A stretch of 64,000 bases of DNA from Candidatus Latescibacterota bacterium (GTDB taxonomy: Bacteria > Latescibacterota > UBA2968): NCBI GenBank assembly GCA_965207885.1, contig OZ242311.1:3200001-3264000 (forward strand), written 5' to 3'. Shown one piece after another: positions 38,551 through 48,742 of the stretch. Each line of letters opens with the position of its first letter. The stretch's first letter is position 1. The notes under the pieces are model-generated. The model saw only the letters and a program-made list of their open reading frames with translations. It had not been told where the DNA came from and ran no database searches. The position numbers and the translations under genes are program-made.

Positions 38551-40050
38551 ATGTTTGGTCTGCACATCTACGACGTGCTCACACTCGGCGTTTATCTCGT
38601 AGGCATCACCACCATCGGTCTCATTTCATCTCGAGGAGTCAAAGGCACACTCGATTATTTTATGGGTGGGCGCAAGTTTGGCAAAGCCGTGCTCATCATG
38701 CATGCCTTTGGCACCGGAACCCATACCGATGCAGCTGTCAATGTCGTCGGTGCCTCTTACAAAATGGGGATGCGCGGGATATGGTATGCGTGGCTGCCCC
38801 TGTTTTGCACCCCCTTTTACTGGATCATGATGCCTCTTTTCAGGCGCATGCGTTATATCACCACAGGCGACTTTTTTGACGAGCGTTTTGGCAAAGGACT
38901 CGGCCCGGCATATACGGCTTTTGGTGTTCTCTTCTACGTGCTCGCCATGGGAATTATGCTCGAAGGCACGGGAAAAATGGCAAGCGGGATTACCGGCGGC
39001 GTGCTCAGCACGGAAACCTGCATCATTGTCATGACAATCCTATTTGTATCCTATGGCCTGTTAGGTGGCCTACAAGCCGCTGTCATCACGGACTTTATTC
39101 AGGGCATATTCGTCATCGTCCTGTCTTTTTTGCTCTGCCCGTTTCTGCTCGATCAGGTCGGTGGTTTTGCCGGGCTGCATCAAACACTGCCACAGGATGT
39201 CTTTGGACTCACAGCGCCCGATGATCCACCGCCCGGCTATGACCGCATCTCCATCGCATTTGTCATCATACTCACTATCAATACCCTCTTCAACATCCCC
39301 GGGCAGCCCCACTGCATGGAAATGGGTGGCTCTGGCAAAACAGAATGGGAAGGCCGTGTAGGATTTACCTACGGCAACATGATCAAACGCTTTTGCACCA
39401 TTGCGTGGGCATTTATCGGCGTGGGCGCCATGATCATATATCCCAATATAGACGATCCCGAACTCGTCTTTGGCATGGCAACACGCGACCTGCTGCCTGT
39501 TGGTCTCGTCGGTGTCATGCTCGCATCCATGCTCGCAGCTGTTATGTCTTCTTGCGACTCGTTTATGGTCGCCGGATCGGCACTCTTTGTCGAAAATATT
39601 TACAAGCCCTATTTTGCGAAAAAAAAAGAAGACCACCACTATCTCAATGCAGGGCGGATTATGGGCATCCTCATGGTCATCGCGGGCATAGTGGTAACGG
39701 AAATTTTTAGTAGCGTAGTCGAATTGTGGCGTTTTCTCTCGGCACTCCCCGCCTTCTGGGGCATCGCAGTATGGGGCGGCATCTTATGGCGCAGATGCAA
39801 CGGCTACGGCGCGTGGGCTGGCCTGATCAGTTCTGCCCTCGTGTGGTGGATTACCCGCAACTATTTCCATCTGGAGTTCATGGAACAAGTGATCTGGTAT
39901 CTCAGTACGGGCGTTCTACTCACTATTATCGTAAGCCTATCCACACCCCAACAGCCCAAAGCAATACTCGACAAATTCTACACCACTTTGCACACCCCCG
40001 TAGGACAGGAAGACAAACTCAGAGCACTGGGTTACGAAGTTCGGGACTGA
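38551..40050 (+). CDS. Sodium:solute symporter family protein
   Basis: DYFMGGR, GGLQAAVITDFIQG, LAAVMSSCDS, about 13 hydrophobic segments. Confidence 0.92.
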   Translation: MFGLHIYDVLTLGVYLVGITTIGLISSRGVKGTLDYFMGGRKFGKAVLIMHAFGTGTHTDAAVNVVGASYKMGMRGIWYAWLPLFCTPFYWIMMPLFRRMRYITTGDFFDERFGKGLGPAYTAFGVLFYVLAMGIMLEGTGKMASGITGGVLSTETCIIVMTILFVSYGLLGGLQAAVITDFIQGIFVIVLSFLLCPFLLDQVGGFAGLHQTLPQDVFGLTAPDDPPPGYDRISIAFVIILTINTLFNIPGQPHCMEMGGSGKTEWEGRVGFTYGNMIKRFCTIAWAFIGVGAMIIYPNIDDPELVFGMATRDLLPVGLVGVMLASMLAAVMSSCDSFMVAGSALFVENIYKPYFAKKKEDHHYLNAGRIMGILMVIAGIVVTEIFSSVVELWRFLSALPAFWGIAVWGGILWRRCNGYGAWAGLISSALVWWITRNYFHLEFMEQVIWYLSTGVLLTIIVSLSTPQQPKAILDKFYTTLHTPVGQEDKLRALGYEVRD

Positions 40051-40072
40051 CAAATCCATTCCGATTTTACAA

Positions 40073-42052
40073 ATGGCCATACAAACAGACATATCCAGAG
40101 AAACCCATCCCGATGCACAGGATCGAGGGATCACGGTACGCGCAGTCATGCTCGGTATCTTGACCATTGCCCTCATGACGATCTACATCACGCATTTTGC
40201 GTGGAACATGATCAAAAACTACATGCCCGTATCGGCTCTGATCCCCTTTGTCGCCTGGGTCGGCATCAACGCCATACTCAAACTCGTCGCGCCAAAACGC
40301 GCCTTATCGCGCACGGAAATGTTGACCATCTTCTTCATGGTCTGGCTCGTGGGCAACCTGCCCACGACGGGTTGGGCGGGCTATCTCCTGGGCAACATCT
40401 CTGCTCCGGTACACCTCGCATCGCCCGAAAACCGCGTGGGCGATGTCATTGCCCCCCTGCTGCCCGACTGGCTCTTTATGCAAAAATCGCCCGTGGTCAT
40501 CGGACAACTCTACGGGGGATTAGAACCCAACACATCTATTCCCTGGCAACCGTGGATCCGCCCTCTCTTCTGGTGGACTGCCGCCTGTTTATCCGTGGTC
40601 ATGGCAGGCTTTTTCTGCAGCGTCTTATTCTTCAAACAGTGGCACGAAAAAGAGCGTCTCACCTTTCCTATGGCTACCTTCCCCACCGAAATGTTGCGAG
40701 AAGAACCCGGCTATCGCCTACCCGTCGTCTTTCACGCCCCCCTATTTTGGGTGGGGTTTGGCATTTCGACCTTTGTGATCTGCTGGAATATCGCGGGTTA
40801 TTTTGTCCACACCCTGCCGCATATTCCCATCTATGATCTCGCTGGACAAATGGCGATAAACATCGGCTATCACTATCCAAGATATTTTTTACGCATGCAG
40901 CCCCTGATAATGGGTCTGGCATATTTGTGTCCGCTCGACTTGCTCTTCAGCTTCTGGTTCTACAACGTCCTAAATATTATCAAAGAGGGGCTGATGAACC
41001 AAACTGGCATCACAGTGGGACTACAGGGACAGCAAGCGACACCGGCAGAAATACTCAGCTTCGAATCCCACGGCGCACTCGTTTTTCTCGTCGCCTGGTC
41101 ATTATGGGTATCGCGCAAACACCTCAAAAACACCCTCGAATGTGCGCTGATGAGCAACAGAGCTGCAGACGATGGAACACCAGTCACCTATCGAACTGCC
41201 TGGCTCGGCCTCGCGGCTTCGGTCATATTCCTCGCGGGCTGGTGTCTGGCCGCAGGCATGGAACTGTGGGCAACCATAGTGCAACTCATCTTGATGTTCA
41301 TCACGCTATTCGGCGTTGCCAAATACGCCGCAGCAACCGGATTCACCTTTTTATCCCCCGGAAGTACCGGCGGACTGGGTGCCGATAAGGGAGGCAATGT
41401 GTGGATGCAGATGGGTGGCACGGCCAACATGTCGCCCGGCACACTCACGACAATCTGGATGATCAACCGCAATGGCTTTGCCGGCATGCCCATTCGCCTC
41501 ACCGCCACCATGTCTGTCCCCCACTATTTTCGCATGCTGGGTAACCACCTCAAGCGGCACCCCATGGTCTGGGCTATTATCCCCATCGCCTACATCACGG
41601 GCTGTATCACAACCGCCACAGATTCGCTGTATCGCAGCTACATGGACGGCGGAATGAACGGACCACTCTATTTGGGCGACTGGAACCATCTCGTGCGCCT
41701 GGTCCCTTATGTAGAAGGCTCGACAATACTCTACTTCGACATCGAAAAGCTGGGCGTGTGGCTCTGGGGATTTGCGATAGCTGGTTTTTTGACTTACATA
41801 CGCACGCGCTTTTCGTGGTGGCCTTTTAATCCCGTAGCCATCGCCTTTCCCACGCGGCGCTATGGTTTTAGCCTGCTCGTTGTGTGGGCGACCAAAGCAC
41901 TCATCATGCGCTTTGGCGGCGTTGCGCTCTACCGCAAATCCCTGCCTTTCTGGTATGGCCTCATGATCGGCTACTTATTGGGCGTTGGCATCTCTACAGG
42001 CGTTGATGCCATCTGGTTTCCCGACGCAGGCCATATTGTGCATGGGTGGTGA
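40073..42052 (+). CDS. Polytopic membrane protein, DUF6785/DUF6784-like putative transporter
   Basis: GITVRAV, IPWQPW, QWHEKERLTFP, WWPFNP, GGVALYRK..PF..GL. Confidence 0.75.
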   Translation: MAIQTDISRETHPDAQDRGITVRAVMLGILTIALMTIYITHFAWNMIKNYMPVSALIPFVAWVGINAILKLVAPKRALSRTEMLTIFFMVWLVGNLPTTGWAGYLLGNISAPVHLASPENRVGDVIAPLLPDWLFMQKSPVVIGQLYGGLEPNTSIPWQPWIRPLFWWTAACLSVVMAGFFCSVLFFKQWHEKERLTFPMATFPTEMLREEPGYRLPVVFHAPLFWVGFGISTFVICWNIAGYFVHTLPHIPIYDLAGQMAINIGYHYPRYFLRMQPLIMGLAYLCPLDLLFSFWFYNVLNIIKEGLMNQTGITVGLQGQQATPAEILSFESHGALVFLVAWSLWVSRKHLKNTLECALMSNRAADDGTPVTYRTAWLGLAASVIFLAGWCLAAGMELWATIVQLILMFITLFGVAKYAAATGFTFLSPGSTGGLGADKGGNVWMQMGGTANMSPGTLTTIWMINRNGFAGMPIRLTATMSVPHYFRMLGNHLKRHPMVWAIIPIAYITGCITTATDSLYRSYMDGGMNGPLYLGDWNHLVRLVPYVEGSTILYFDIEKLGVWLWGFAIAGFLTYIRTRFSWWPFNPVAIAFPTRRYGFSLLVVWATKALIMRFGGVALYRKSLPFWYGLMIGYLLGVGISTGVDAIWFPDAGHIVHGW

Positions 42053-42080
42053 GGAGCGATCAGCTTGTATTCTTCTTTAT

Positions 42081-43457
42081 CTATTCGTCCATCATTGCCT
42101 CGATCCTCGCCCGATAGCTCTCATTCTCTTCAGGCCATTCCACAATCTCTGAATCTGGCGCATTATTCTCGGGCAACCACTGCACCAGAAGTTCTTTGAC
42201 CTCGCGCAGTCCCGGACTGTGCGCCAGATTTTCCCACTCCATCTCGTCATGTCTGTGATCGTAAAGCTCTTCTGACCCATCTGCATAGCGGATATATCGC
42301 CATCGCTCAGACCGTATGGCATGATTGCCACGCCCGTGTGTGGTGATTGCGGGAAAGGGCCAGTTGCGATTGGGATTTTCCATCAGAGGCACCAGACTTC
42401 GGCCTTCCAACCCTGTACGATCAGACAAGCCGCACAACGCAATCAGCGTGGGATAAATATCGATCAATCCCACTGGCTTTGAACAGGTGCCGGGCGAATA
42501 ACCTGGGGCTGAAATAAGCAAGGGCACGCGCGAGGCTTCTTCCCACAATGTGCTCTTTTTCCAGTGGCTTTTTTCGCCCAAATGCCACCCGTGATCTGCC
42601 CACAAAACAATTGCTGTATTCTCTGCATAAGCACTCGCATCCAGTGCATCTATCAATCGTCCAATTTGCGTATCCACAAAACTGATACACGCCAGGTAAC
42701 ACCGAATCGCTTCTTTCCATTGGCCTGCTTCTACGATACGCGCATGCGGTTTTTGATTTGCCCATCGCTGCGCGATTTCGGGAACATCGCCCAGATCATT
42801 CTCCACTGTCTCTGGTAGATGGAGATCATTCAGGTCATAAGCTTCGACATATTTCCTCGGCACATGCCACATCAGATGTGGCAGCTTAAACCCACACGTC
42901 AAAAAGAAGGGTTTTTCGTGTCTCGCCTGCAATTGCTCAACACAATAACTCACAGCTTTGTAATCCTGCATATCTTCATCAGCAACATCCATCGGACCCC
43001 AGTCCAGATTGCCCATACCCGCCATGCCATTTACGGGATGATGATCGGGTCCCGCGCCGGAATGTGACTGATTAAACAAACTCGGCACATAAGAATCCCA
43101 CGACATTGGATCGGGAAATTTGCCGTGATACACCTTGCCACTACCCGTTGTGAAATAGCCATTTTGCCGAAAGTGCTGCGGCAGTGTCACGCAATTTTTT
43201 CCTGCTTCCGAAAATCTGAGCGGCTGTCGATTATTATAAACACCCGTAGTAGATGGGCGCAACCCACTCATCAAACTCGCCCGAGACGGGTTGCAAATCG
43301 GCGCCTGACAATACGCGCGTTCAAATACTGTACATCGCTCGGCCAACCGATTAAAATGAGGTGTCACAGCATTTGGGGCGCGATCTAAAAACCCCACATA
43401 GTGATTTAAATCATCAAACGAAATGAACAACACATTTGGTCGATCTTCTTGTACCAT
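42081..43457 (-). CDS. Sulfatase (iduronate-2-sulfatase-like, Cys-type)
   Basis: PNVLFISFDD, CNPSRASLMSG, ADHGWHLGEK. Start at MVQEDRP after GAGGTGA. Confidence 0.93.
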   Translation of the reverse strand: MVQEDRPNVLFISFDDLNHYVGFLDRAPNAVTPHFNRLAERCTVFERAYCQAPICNPSRASLMSGLRPSTTGVYNNRQPLRFSEAGKNCVTLPQHFRQNGYFTTGSGKVYHGKFPDPMSWDSYVPSLFNQSHSGAGPDHHPVNGMAGMGNLDWGPMDVADEDMQDYKAVSYCVEQLQARHEKPFFLTCGFKLPHLMWHVPRKYVEAYDLNDLHLPETVENDLGDVPEIAQRWANQKPHARIVEAGQWKEAIRCYLACISFVDTQIGRLIDALDASAYAENTAIVLWADHGWHLGEKSHWKKSTLWEEASRVPLLISAPGYSPGTCSKPVGLIDIYPTLIALCGLSDRTGLEGRSLVPLMENPNRNWPFPAITTHGRGNHAIRSERWRYIRYADGSEELYDHRHDEMEWENLAHSPGLREVKELLVQWLPENNAPDSEIVEWPEENESYRARIEAMMDE

Positions 43458-43565
43458 ATTCTCACCTCTCAATAATTTGGACACTTTTTCAGAATAGCCA
43501 CAGAAAGCACAAACTTTCAGACGCTCAAATTATTCGCGTCTTCTTGTACCATATTCTCATCTCTC
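43444..43565. repeat. 27-bp direct repeat duplicating the sulfatase RBS and start
   Basis: tcttcttgtaccatattctcacctctc (43444-43470) and tcttcttgtaccatattctcatctctc (43539-43565), one mismatch. Confidence 0.85.
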
Positions 43566-43599
43566 GCATATAGGTTTGATATACCGCCTAATTTTTAAG

Positions 43600-43627
43600 T
43601 TTGCCTTTTGCCTTTTACCTTTTACCT
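43600..43627. repeat. Heptamer TTTRCCT x4
   Basis: tttgcct tttgcct tttacct tttacct. Confidence 0.8.
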
Positions 43628-43666
43628 TTTTTACGCCTTGTTGGACAAACTACAGGAGGTCCTCCG

Positions 43667-44677
43667 ATGAACGCGATTGCCGTGATAGGAACGGGCTATA
43701 TCGGTGGCGAACACATCAAAGCCATCTCAGCACATCTCAATGCACATTTGCGAACGATATGTACAACGCCACGCAGCGAACATATCGCAAGAGATCTGCA
43801 AGCGACATACGGCACAGATAAAATATCGACAGAGTACGAAAATGTCCTATCCGATTCCGAAATTGACATCATTTATCTCTGCACGCCCAACTCTCAACAC
43901 GTAGATCAAGCCGTCGCCGCGCTCGATGCGGGCAAGCACGTCTTTGTGGAAAAACCCCTCGCGGTTACAGTTGAAGACTGTCAAAAAATCGTCGATGCAG
44001 CCAAACGATCCGGGCGACAAGTTATGGTTGGTCACGGCGCGCGATTTAGCAACATATTTGAAACCATTTACCACCTCGTTCACAACGGCACGCTGGGAGA
44101 AGCCTGTTTTGTGGAAGGTGACTACATCCACGACCTCAAACCCTTCTTGCCTCTGCCCGGTCACGACTGGTGGATGGATACGGAAAAAGAAGGCCAACTG
44201 CCCATTATCGGTGGGGCCTGCCATCCCCTGGACCTCATGCGATGGCTCGCCGGAGAAATCGTTGAAGTTAGCGCGTATGGCGTAAACAAAAATATTCCCG
44301 ATGCGCCCTGGTACGACACGGTTATCTCAAACTTAAAATTTGAATCCGGTGCCCTGGGCAAATGCCTGGTCTCTTGCGGCGCAGAAATTCCCTATAACCT
44401 CAACTTTAGCTACCACGGCACAAGAGGCTCTATTCACAACAACAAACTCTTCATCGGCGGTATGCCCCACGTCGAAGAATGGTCTGAACTCCCAATTGAA
44501 ATTCGCGCAGAAGACCATACGTGCCTCCAGGAACTCGACCACTTTCTATCCTGCATTGAGCGAGGCGTAAAACCGCTTATCGACGAGATTGACGGTGCGA
44601 GGTCAGTCGCCGTATGCTGCGCCATCATTGAATCCATCGAAAACAATCGCCCGGCAACCGTATTCCTGGATTTTTAA
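43667..44677 (+). CDS. Gfo/Idh/MocA family oxidoreductase
   Basis: IGTGYIG, GKHVFVEKP, CHPLD. AGGAGG RBS. Confidence 0.92.
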   Translation: MNAIAVIGTGYIGGEHIKAISAHLNAHLRTICTTPRSEHIARDLQATYGTDKISTEYENVLSDSEIDIIYLCTPNSQHVDQAVAALDAGKHVFVEKPLAVTVEDCQKIVDAAKRSGRQVMVGHGARFSNIFETIYHLVHNGTLGEACFVEGDYIHDLKPFLPLPGHDWWMDTEKEGQLPIIGGACHPLDLMRWLAGEIVEVSAYGVNKNIPDAPWYDTVISNLKFESGALGKCLVSCGAEIPYNLNFSYHGTRGSIHNNKLFIGGMPHVEEWSELPIEIRAEDHTCLQELDHFLSCIERGVKPLIDEIDGARSVAVCCAIIESIENNRPATVFLDF

Positions 44678-44680
44678 ACT

Positions 44681-45184
44681 ATGAATAATCGCACAAGCAG
44701 CATCCGCATGCACCGCTCTCTCAGCCATCCACTTCCCGAATACACTGAGCCTGAAGGCTTCACAATTCGTGTGCTTCAGCCCGGAGAAGAAGAAGAATGG
44801 ATTCGCATGAAAAATGAAGCTTTTGGCGAAGAAGGCGGAAAACCCTGGACCATCGACAATTTTCACTCCACATTCACCCGCGAACAGTGTTGCGACTACA
44901 ATCGCATCTTTGTCGGCCTCAAAGGCGATTATATGGTAGCAACTGCCAGCGCGTGGGAAGCCCATTACGGAGGAAAAACAGTTGGCCTTATCCACTGGGT
45001 TGGTACCGACCCCAAATACCGAGGACATGGACTCGGTTATGCCATCTCACTTCTCGCCCTCAAAGAACTCGTTGCCCGCGGATATGCCGACGCCTATCTC
45101 AACACAGCCCTCTGGCGTGAACCCGCTGTGCGCCTCTACAAACGCCTGGGCTTTCGCATCACCCCAAAAACCGAAGACACCTGA
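44681..45184 (+). CDS. GNAT family N-acetyltransferase
   Basis: VGTDPKYRGHGLG, PAVRLYKRLGF. Confidence 0.9.
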   Translation: MNNRTSSIRMHRSLSHPLPEYTEPEGFTIRVLQPGEEEEWIRMKNEAFGEEGGKPWTIDNFHSTFTREQCCDYNRIFVGLKGDYMVATASAWEAHYGGKTVGLIHWVGTDPKYRGHGLGYAISLLALKELVARGYADAYLNTALWREPAVRLYKRLGFRITPKTEDT

Positions 45185-45208
45185 TCCATCCAGTAAACGG
45201 AGAACGCG

Positions 45209-46201
45209 ATGAAAACTCCTATTCGCATTTTGCTCGTCGGTTGCGGGCGCATGGCTTTAGGCCATGCCAGCGGTTTGGAATCCCTGGGAGAACTCGGCGT
45301 CATTATCGCCGGTGTTGATCCGTCCGAAGACGCACGCAATAATCTAAAAACCCAATATGGTGTGTCAACTACCTTTGACAACCTCGACGACGCGCTTGCA
45401 AACGTGAAAGCAGATGCTGCAATTATTGCCGTGCCCAACTTCCTGCACCGCGATTACACCATTGCCTGTCTCGAAAGAGGATTACACACCCTCATCGAAA
45501 AACCCATGGCGCTTACCCTCGCAGATGTCGATGACATGATCGCTACCGCCGAAGCAAAAGGCAAATTGCTCATGTCTGGACAGAGCCAGCGTTTTTCAAA
45601 AACGATTCGCCAGGTCAAAAAGCTACTCGAAGAAAAAGCTGTGGGAAAAATTCGCCACGTCATCCACCGCAGACTTGGATCGGGTCGCGGCGGCGACGAA
45701 AATAGCTGGTTTGCGCGTCAGGAATTGTCGGGCGGCATTCTACCCGGCATTGGCGTCCACTCGCTCGATGTACTCTTATGGTGGATAGACGAAAAAGCCG
45801 TATCCGTCTCGGCAATCGTGCAAAATATCGATCCACACCCCGATATCGACATTGAAGACGAAGTCTCTCTCATCGCCACAACAGAAAGCAATGCCATCCT
45901 CAACTGCGCCCTCTCATTTCACCATCGTGCAGGCACGGAATGGACCGTAATGGGCGATGAAGGCGTCATTCACCTCAACGGCACCAGCGGACCTTTATTG
46001 CTCAATAGCAAAGAACAGCACATACCCGAAACCGTTCACCTCGCAGGCGAGCCCACCATTCACCTCGAATTTCTCACAGCCATCCGCGACAATCGCCAAC
46101 TCGCGCAAGCATCAGCGCAAGATGTACGCAAAACAATGGCACTCATCTTTGCGGCAATGAAATCGGGAAAAACTGGAAAAACTGTATCCGTTTCCAGATA
46201 G
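45209..46201 (+). CDS. Gfo/Idh/MocA family oxidoreductase
   Basis: VGCGRM, HTLIEKP, GGIL..IGVHSLD. Confidence 0.92.
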   Translation: MKTPIRILLVGCGRMALGHASGLESLGELGVIIAGVDPSEDARNNLKTQYGVSTTFDNLDDALANVKADAAIIAVPNFLHRDYTIACLERGLHTLIEKPMALTLADVDDMIATAEAKGKLLMSGQSQRFSKTIRQVKKLLEEKAVGKIRHVIHRRLGSGRGGDENSWFARQELSGGILPGIGVHSLDVLLWWIDEKAVSVSAIVQNIDPHPDIDIEDEVSLIATTESNAILNCALSFHHRAGTEWTVMGDEGVIHLNGTSGPLLLNSKEQHIPETVHLAGEPTIHLEFLTAIRDNRQLAQASAQDVRKTMALIFAAMKSGKTGKTVSVSR

Positions 46202-46221
46202 CGCTCTGGTCTCCAAATGGC

Positions 46222-47688
46222 CTATTGCCTCATCGCCCGCCATCTCGCTGTGCCGTATTCGCGCTGATTCAACGGCCCGGGTGCAGACTGTCCCGAACTG
46301 CCCATTTCAACTTCGCCGCGCATTTCGTCCCCCGACACTGTGCCCACAAACCGATAAGACAGATGGGTTCCCTCAAACCGATGCTGGCTCGTAAATGCGA
46401 TTTTATCTCCATTCACCGAGCCTTTCAATGAATTTTTTAGCCAGCGCGTCTGGTGAGTACCCGTTAAAACGCCAGCAAGCTGCTCGATATCCACGCGATG
46501 ACGCGCTGTTTTTCTAACCAGCGCGATTTCAATTTCCCAGGCACCCGACACATCAACGGATTTTTGCACCTTTTCTTTCGAGGGCAAAGGCGCGTGGGAT
46601 AATGCATCGCGAATATGCCTGCCAACAATATCTGCCTCCCCAGGTTGTAGCGAAAATGGCAAAATAAAAATAGACGTATCTGTCGCCCCTCGATCATCCA
46701 GCATAATGCGTGGATCACCGCACAAAAGTTGTTCGCGCAATTCAAGACCAGTCAGGCCAATGCTATCACCATCCCAACGGATTTCCAACCTGGGAACATC
46801 CGACTGATCAGACGCGAGAATTTCTGCTTCTGTACCCAATAAACGCGTTACATGCCGCACAATCGTCTCGAGATCGGCAATCCAGCCCTCGTATTCCGAC
46901 TCGGGGTCGCGTCCCACCAGCAGATATTCTACGGCCGCTAAAATGCCCATAACTTCCTCTTTACCAATCTTCATTGCACGGCCAAGCGTGTGATGCGGTG
47001 CTGCGTGCACCCAGGCGGCCTCGACAAGGTCGCGATCGCCTAATAACAAGCCCGTAGGCTGAGGTCCGCGCAGGTATTTGCCCCCGCTATAAGCGACCAA
47101 ATTTGCTCCGCGACTGGTATATGGTTCGGGAGATTGGAGATGCTCCGACGCTGCATCGACCAGCACGGGGACACCTCTCGGACGCGCCATGTCAACAATC
47201 GCTTCAAGCGTCATATCCGCCTCCCAGGTCCCCAGCAAGGCGACCATGGCCACTTGTTCCCGATCGAGCACCGCATCCATTTCCCTGAGATTATCCACCT
47301 CCACGATTGTCACGCCCACCGAACGAATGGCGTGATCATAGGTAAATCGGCTTTCTCTGGGCATGACGACCTCGCGCTTCATCCCGCTCGTATCGGGCAA
47401 CCGAAACATCAACTCGGGATCGCCTCCCGTCACACAGGCTGCTGTCGCATGACACAGACATGCCGCCGCACCAGAGGCCACCATTCCCGACTCTGCACCC
47501 GTGAGCAAGGCCAAACGCTTACCCACCCCCGCCATGAGTTCATCCATATTGACAAAAAAGCGCGAAGCAGCCATCATCGCTTCGCGCACCTGCGGCAACA
47601 TCAGCGTCCCCCCGTGAATCGTTCGCGTACCACAGCAATTGATAAATGAACGAACGCCAATCAGTGAATAGGGATCCTGCATCGTCAA
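46222..47688 (-). CDS. SelA-like PLP-dependent enzyme with C-terminal beta extension
   Basis: INCCGTRTIHGG, VDAA, YSGGKYLRGPQ, GRAMKIGKEE. Start is TTG 47688 or ATG 47682. Confidence 0.85.
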   Translation of the reverse strand: MTMQDPYSLIGVRSFINCCGTRTIHGGTLMLPQVREAMMAASRFFVNMDELMAGVGKRLALLTGAESGMVASGAAACLCHATAACVTGGDPELMFRLPDTSGMKREVVMPRESRFTYDHAIRSVGVTIVEVDNLREMDAVLDREQVAMVALLGTWEADMTLEAIVDMARPRGVPVLVDAASEHLQSPEPYTSRGANLVAYSGGKYLRGPQPTGLLLGDRDLVEAAWVHAAPHHTLGRAMKIGKEEVMGILAAVEYLLVGRDPESEYEGWIADLETIVRHVTRLLGTEAEILASDQSDVPRLEIRWDGDSIGLTGLELREQLLCGDPRIMLDDRGATDTSIFILPFSLQPGEADIVGRHIRDALSHAPLPSKEKVQKSVDVSGAWEIEIALVRKTARHRVDIEQLAGVLTGTHQTRWLKNSLKGSVNGDKIAFTSQHRFEGTHLSYRFVGTVSGDEMRGEVEMGSSGQSAPGPLNQREYGTARWRAMRQ

Positions 47689-47799
47689 TCTCCTTTTTCA
47701 TTAAGCGATGAATCTCCACTTACTTTTGAATTGCGGTAAAGGACAATCGTATTAACTTAAGTAGCCCGCAGATCCTTTCCAACCTTATGAGAGGCAAAC

Positions 47800-48531
47800 A
47801 TGGCATACATCAAAAACTGGCGAGACCAGCAACCCGAAGTGGCGCACCTGAGCGCGATTCGCTGGCCGGGGTTAAGACAGAGAAATGCGACGCCCAAACA
47901 CGGTGAAGACGACTCCCCGCAGTTGCACAATATACAGGGCATCGTCAAACACGGACTTCAAGGGCGCAAAACCTCTGACCACCACAAACACCCCAAAACC
48001 GAACAGGCGTACTATATCATCAGCGGCAGCGGCGAAGTCCTCGTAGGAAAAGACCGCTTTGCCGTACGCCCCGGCGACGCCGTGTATTTGCCCGCGGATA
48101 TTTACCATCAGATGTTCAACGACATGAACGACGAATGGCTCGAACACCTCGTCCTCAGCAAAAATATCGACACCGAACCCGGAGGCGAATGTGTGATCCG
48201 CAACTGGGAAGACGTTTTACCCATAAGCGATGGCGCAGGCGCAATTCGCTGGCATCAACTCGGCCCTGCAGGCGAAGAAAACACAGGATGCTTAAAATCC
48301 ATTGCCTTCATCGACCGCGAAGCCGTACAACCCGGTCAGCAGAGCATTGAGCGATGTTACGACGGCATAGAACTCGGCTTCTGGATTCTCGAAAACAGGG
48401 GCATCCTCGTCACATCCGACGGTGAACAGCACATCACAGAAGGCGACGTGGTCCACATACCCTCCGGCATGTCCTATCACATCAAAAATCCCCACAGCGA
48501 ATGGTTTAGCTATATGATCATTGCCGGATGA
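47800..48531 (+). CDS. Double cupin-domain protein
   Basis: HKH..EQAYYIISGSG..GDAVYLP..YH, and a second GDVVHIP..YH repeat. Confidence 0.85.
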   Translation: MAYIKNWRDQQPEVAHLSAIRWPGLRQRNATPKHGEDDSPQLHNIQGIVKHGLQGRKTSDHHKHPKTEQAYYIISGSGEVLVGKDRFAVRPGDAVYLPADIYHQMFNDMNDEWLEHLVLSKNIDTEPGGECVIRNWEDVLPISDGAGAIRWHQLGPAGEENTGCLKSIAFIDREAVQPGQQSIERCYDGIELGFWILENRGILVTSDGEQHITEGDVVHIPSGMSYHIKNPHSEWFSYMIIAG

Positions 48532-48546
48532 AAAGAAATGATGAGT

Positions 48547-48598
48547 AAAAAAAAGCCCCATCCAAGATCGTGCAAGCGATTTTAGACGGGGCTTCTTT
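48547..48598. terminator. Terminator-like hairpin after the cupin gene
   Basis: AAGCCCC...GGGGCTT outer stem with A8 before and CTTT after. Confidence 0.6.
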
Positions 48599-48742
48599 CA
48601 GTTGTCAGAAACGAATCAATGTCACCCCATATGATTAAAAGTTTTGGTGGATAATTTCGGAATAAAGCCTTAGATTTTGCAAATCAGTTCTAATATGATA
48701 TACGTGGAGATTCCTTATTACATGTCCAAATACCGAGAATAC

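Noticed and set aside
43444-43627. CRISPR array
   Set aside because: Only two 27-bp copies with a 68-bp gap. The repeat is the sulfatase start region and no cas genes are present.
46222-47688. Selenocysteine synthase selA
   Set aside because: No selB, selC or selD nearby. The motifs and C-terminal extension fit the SelA-like/DgaE-type paralogues better.
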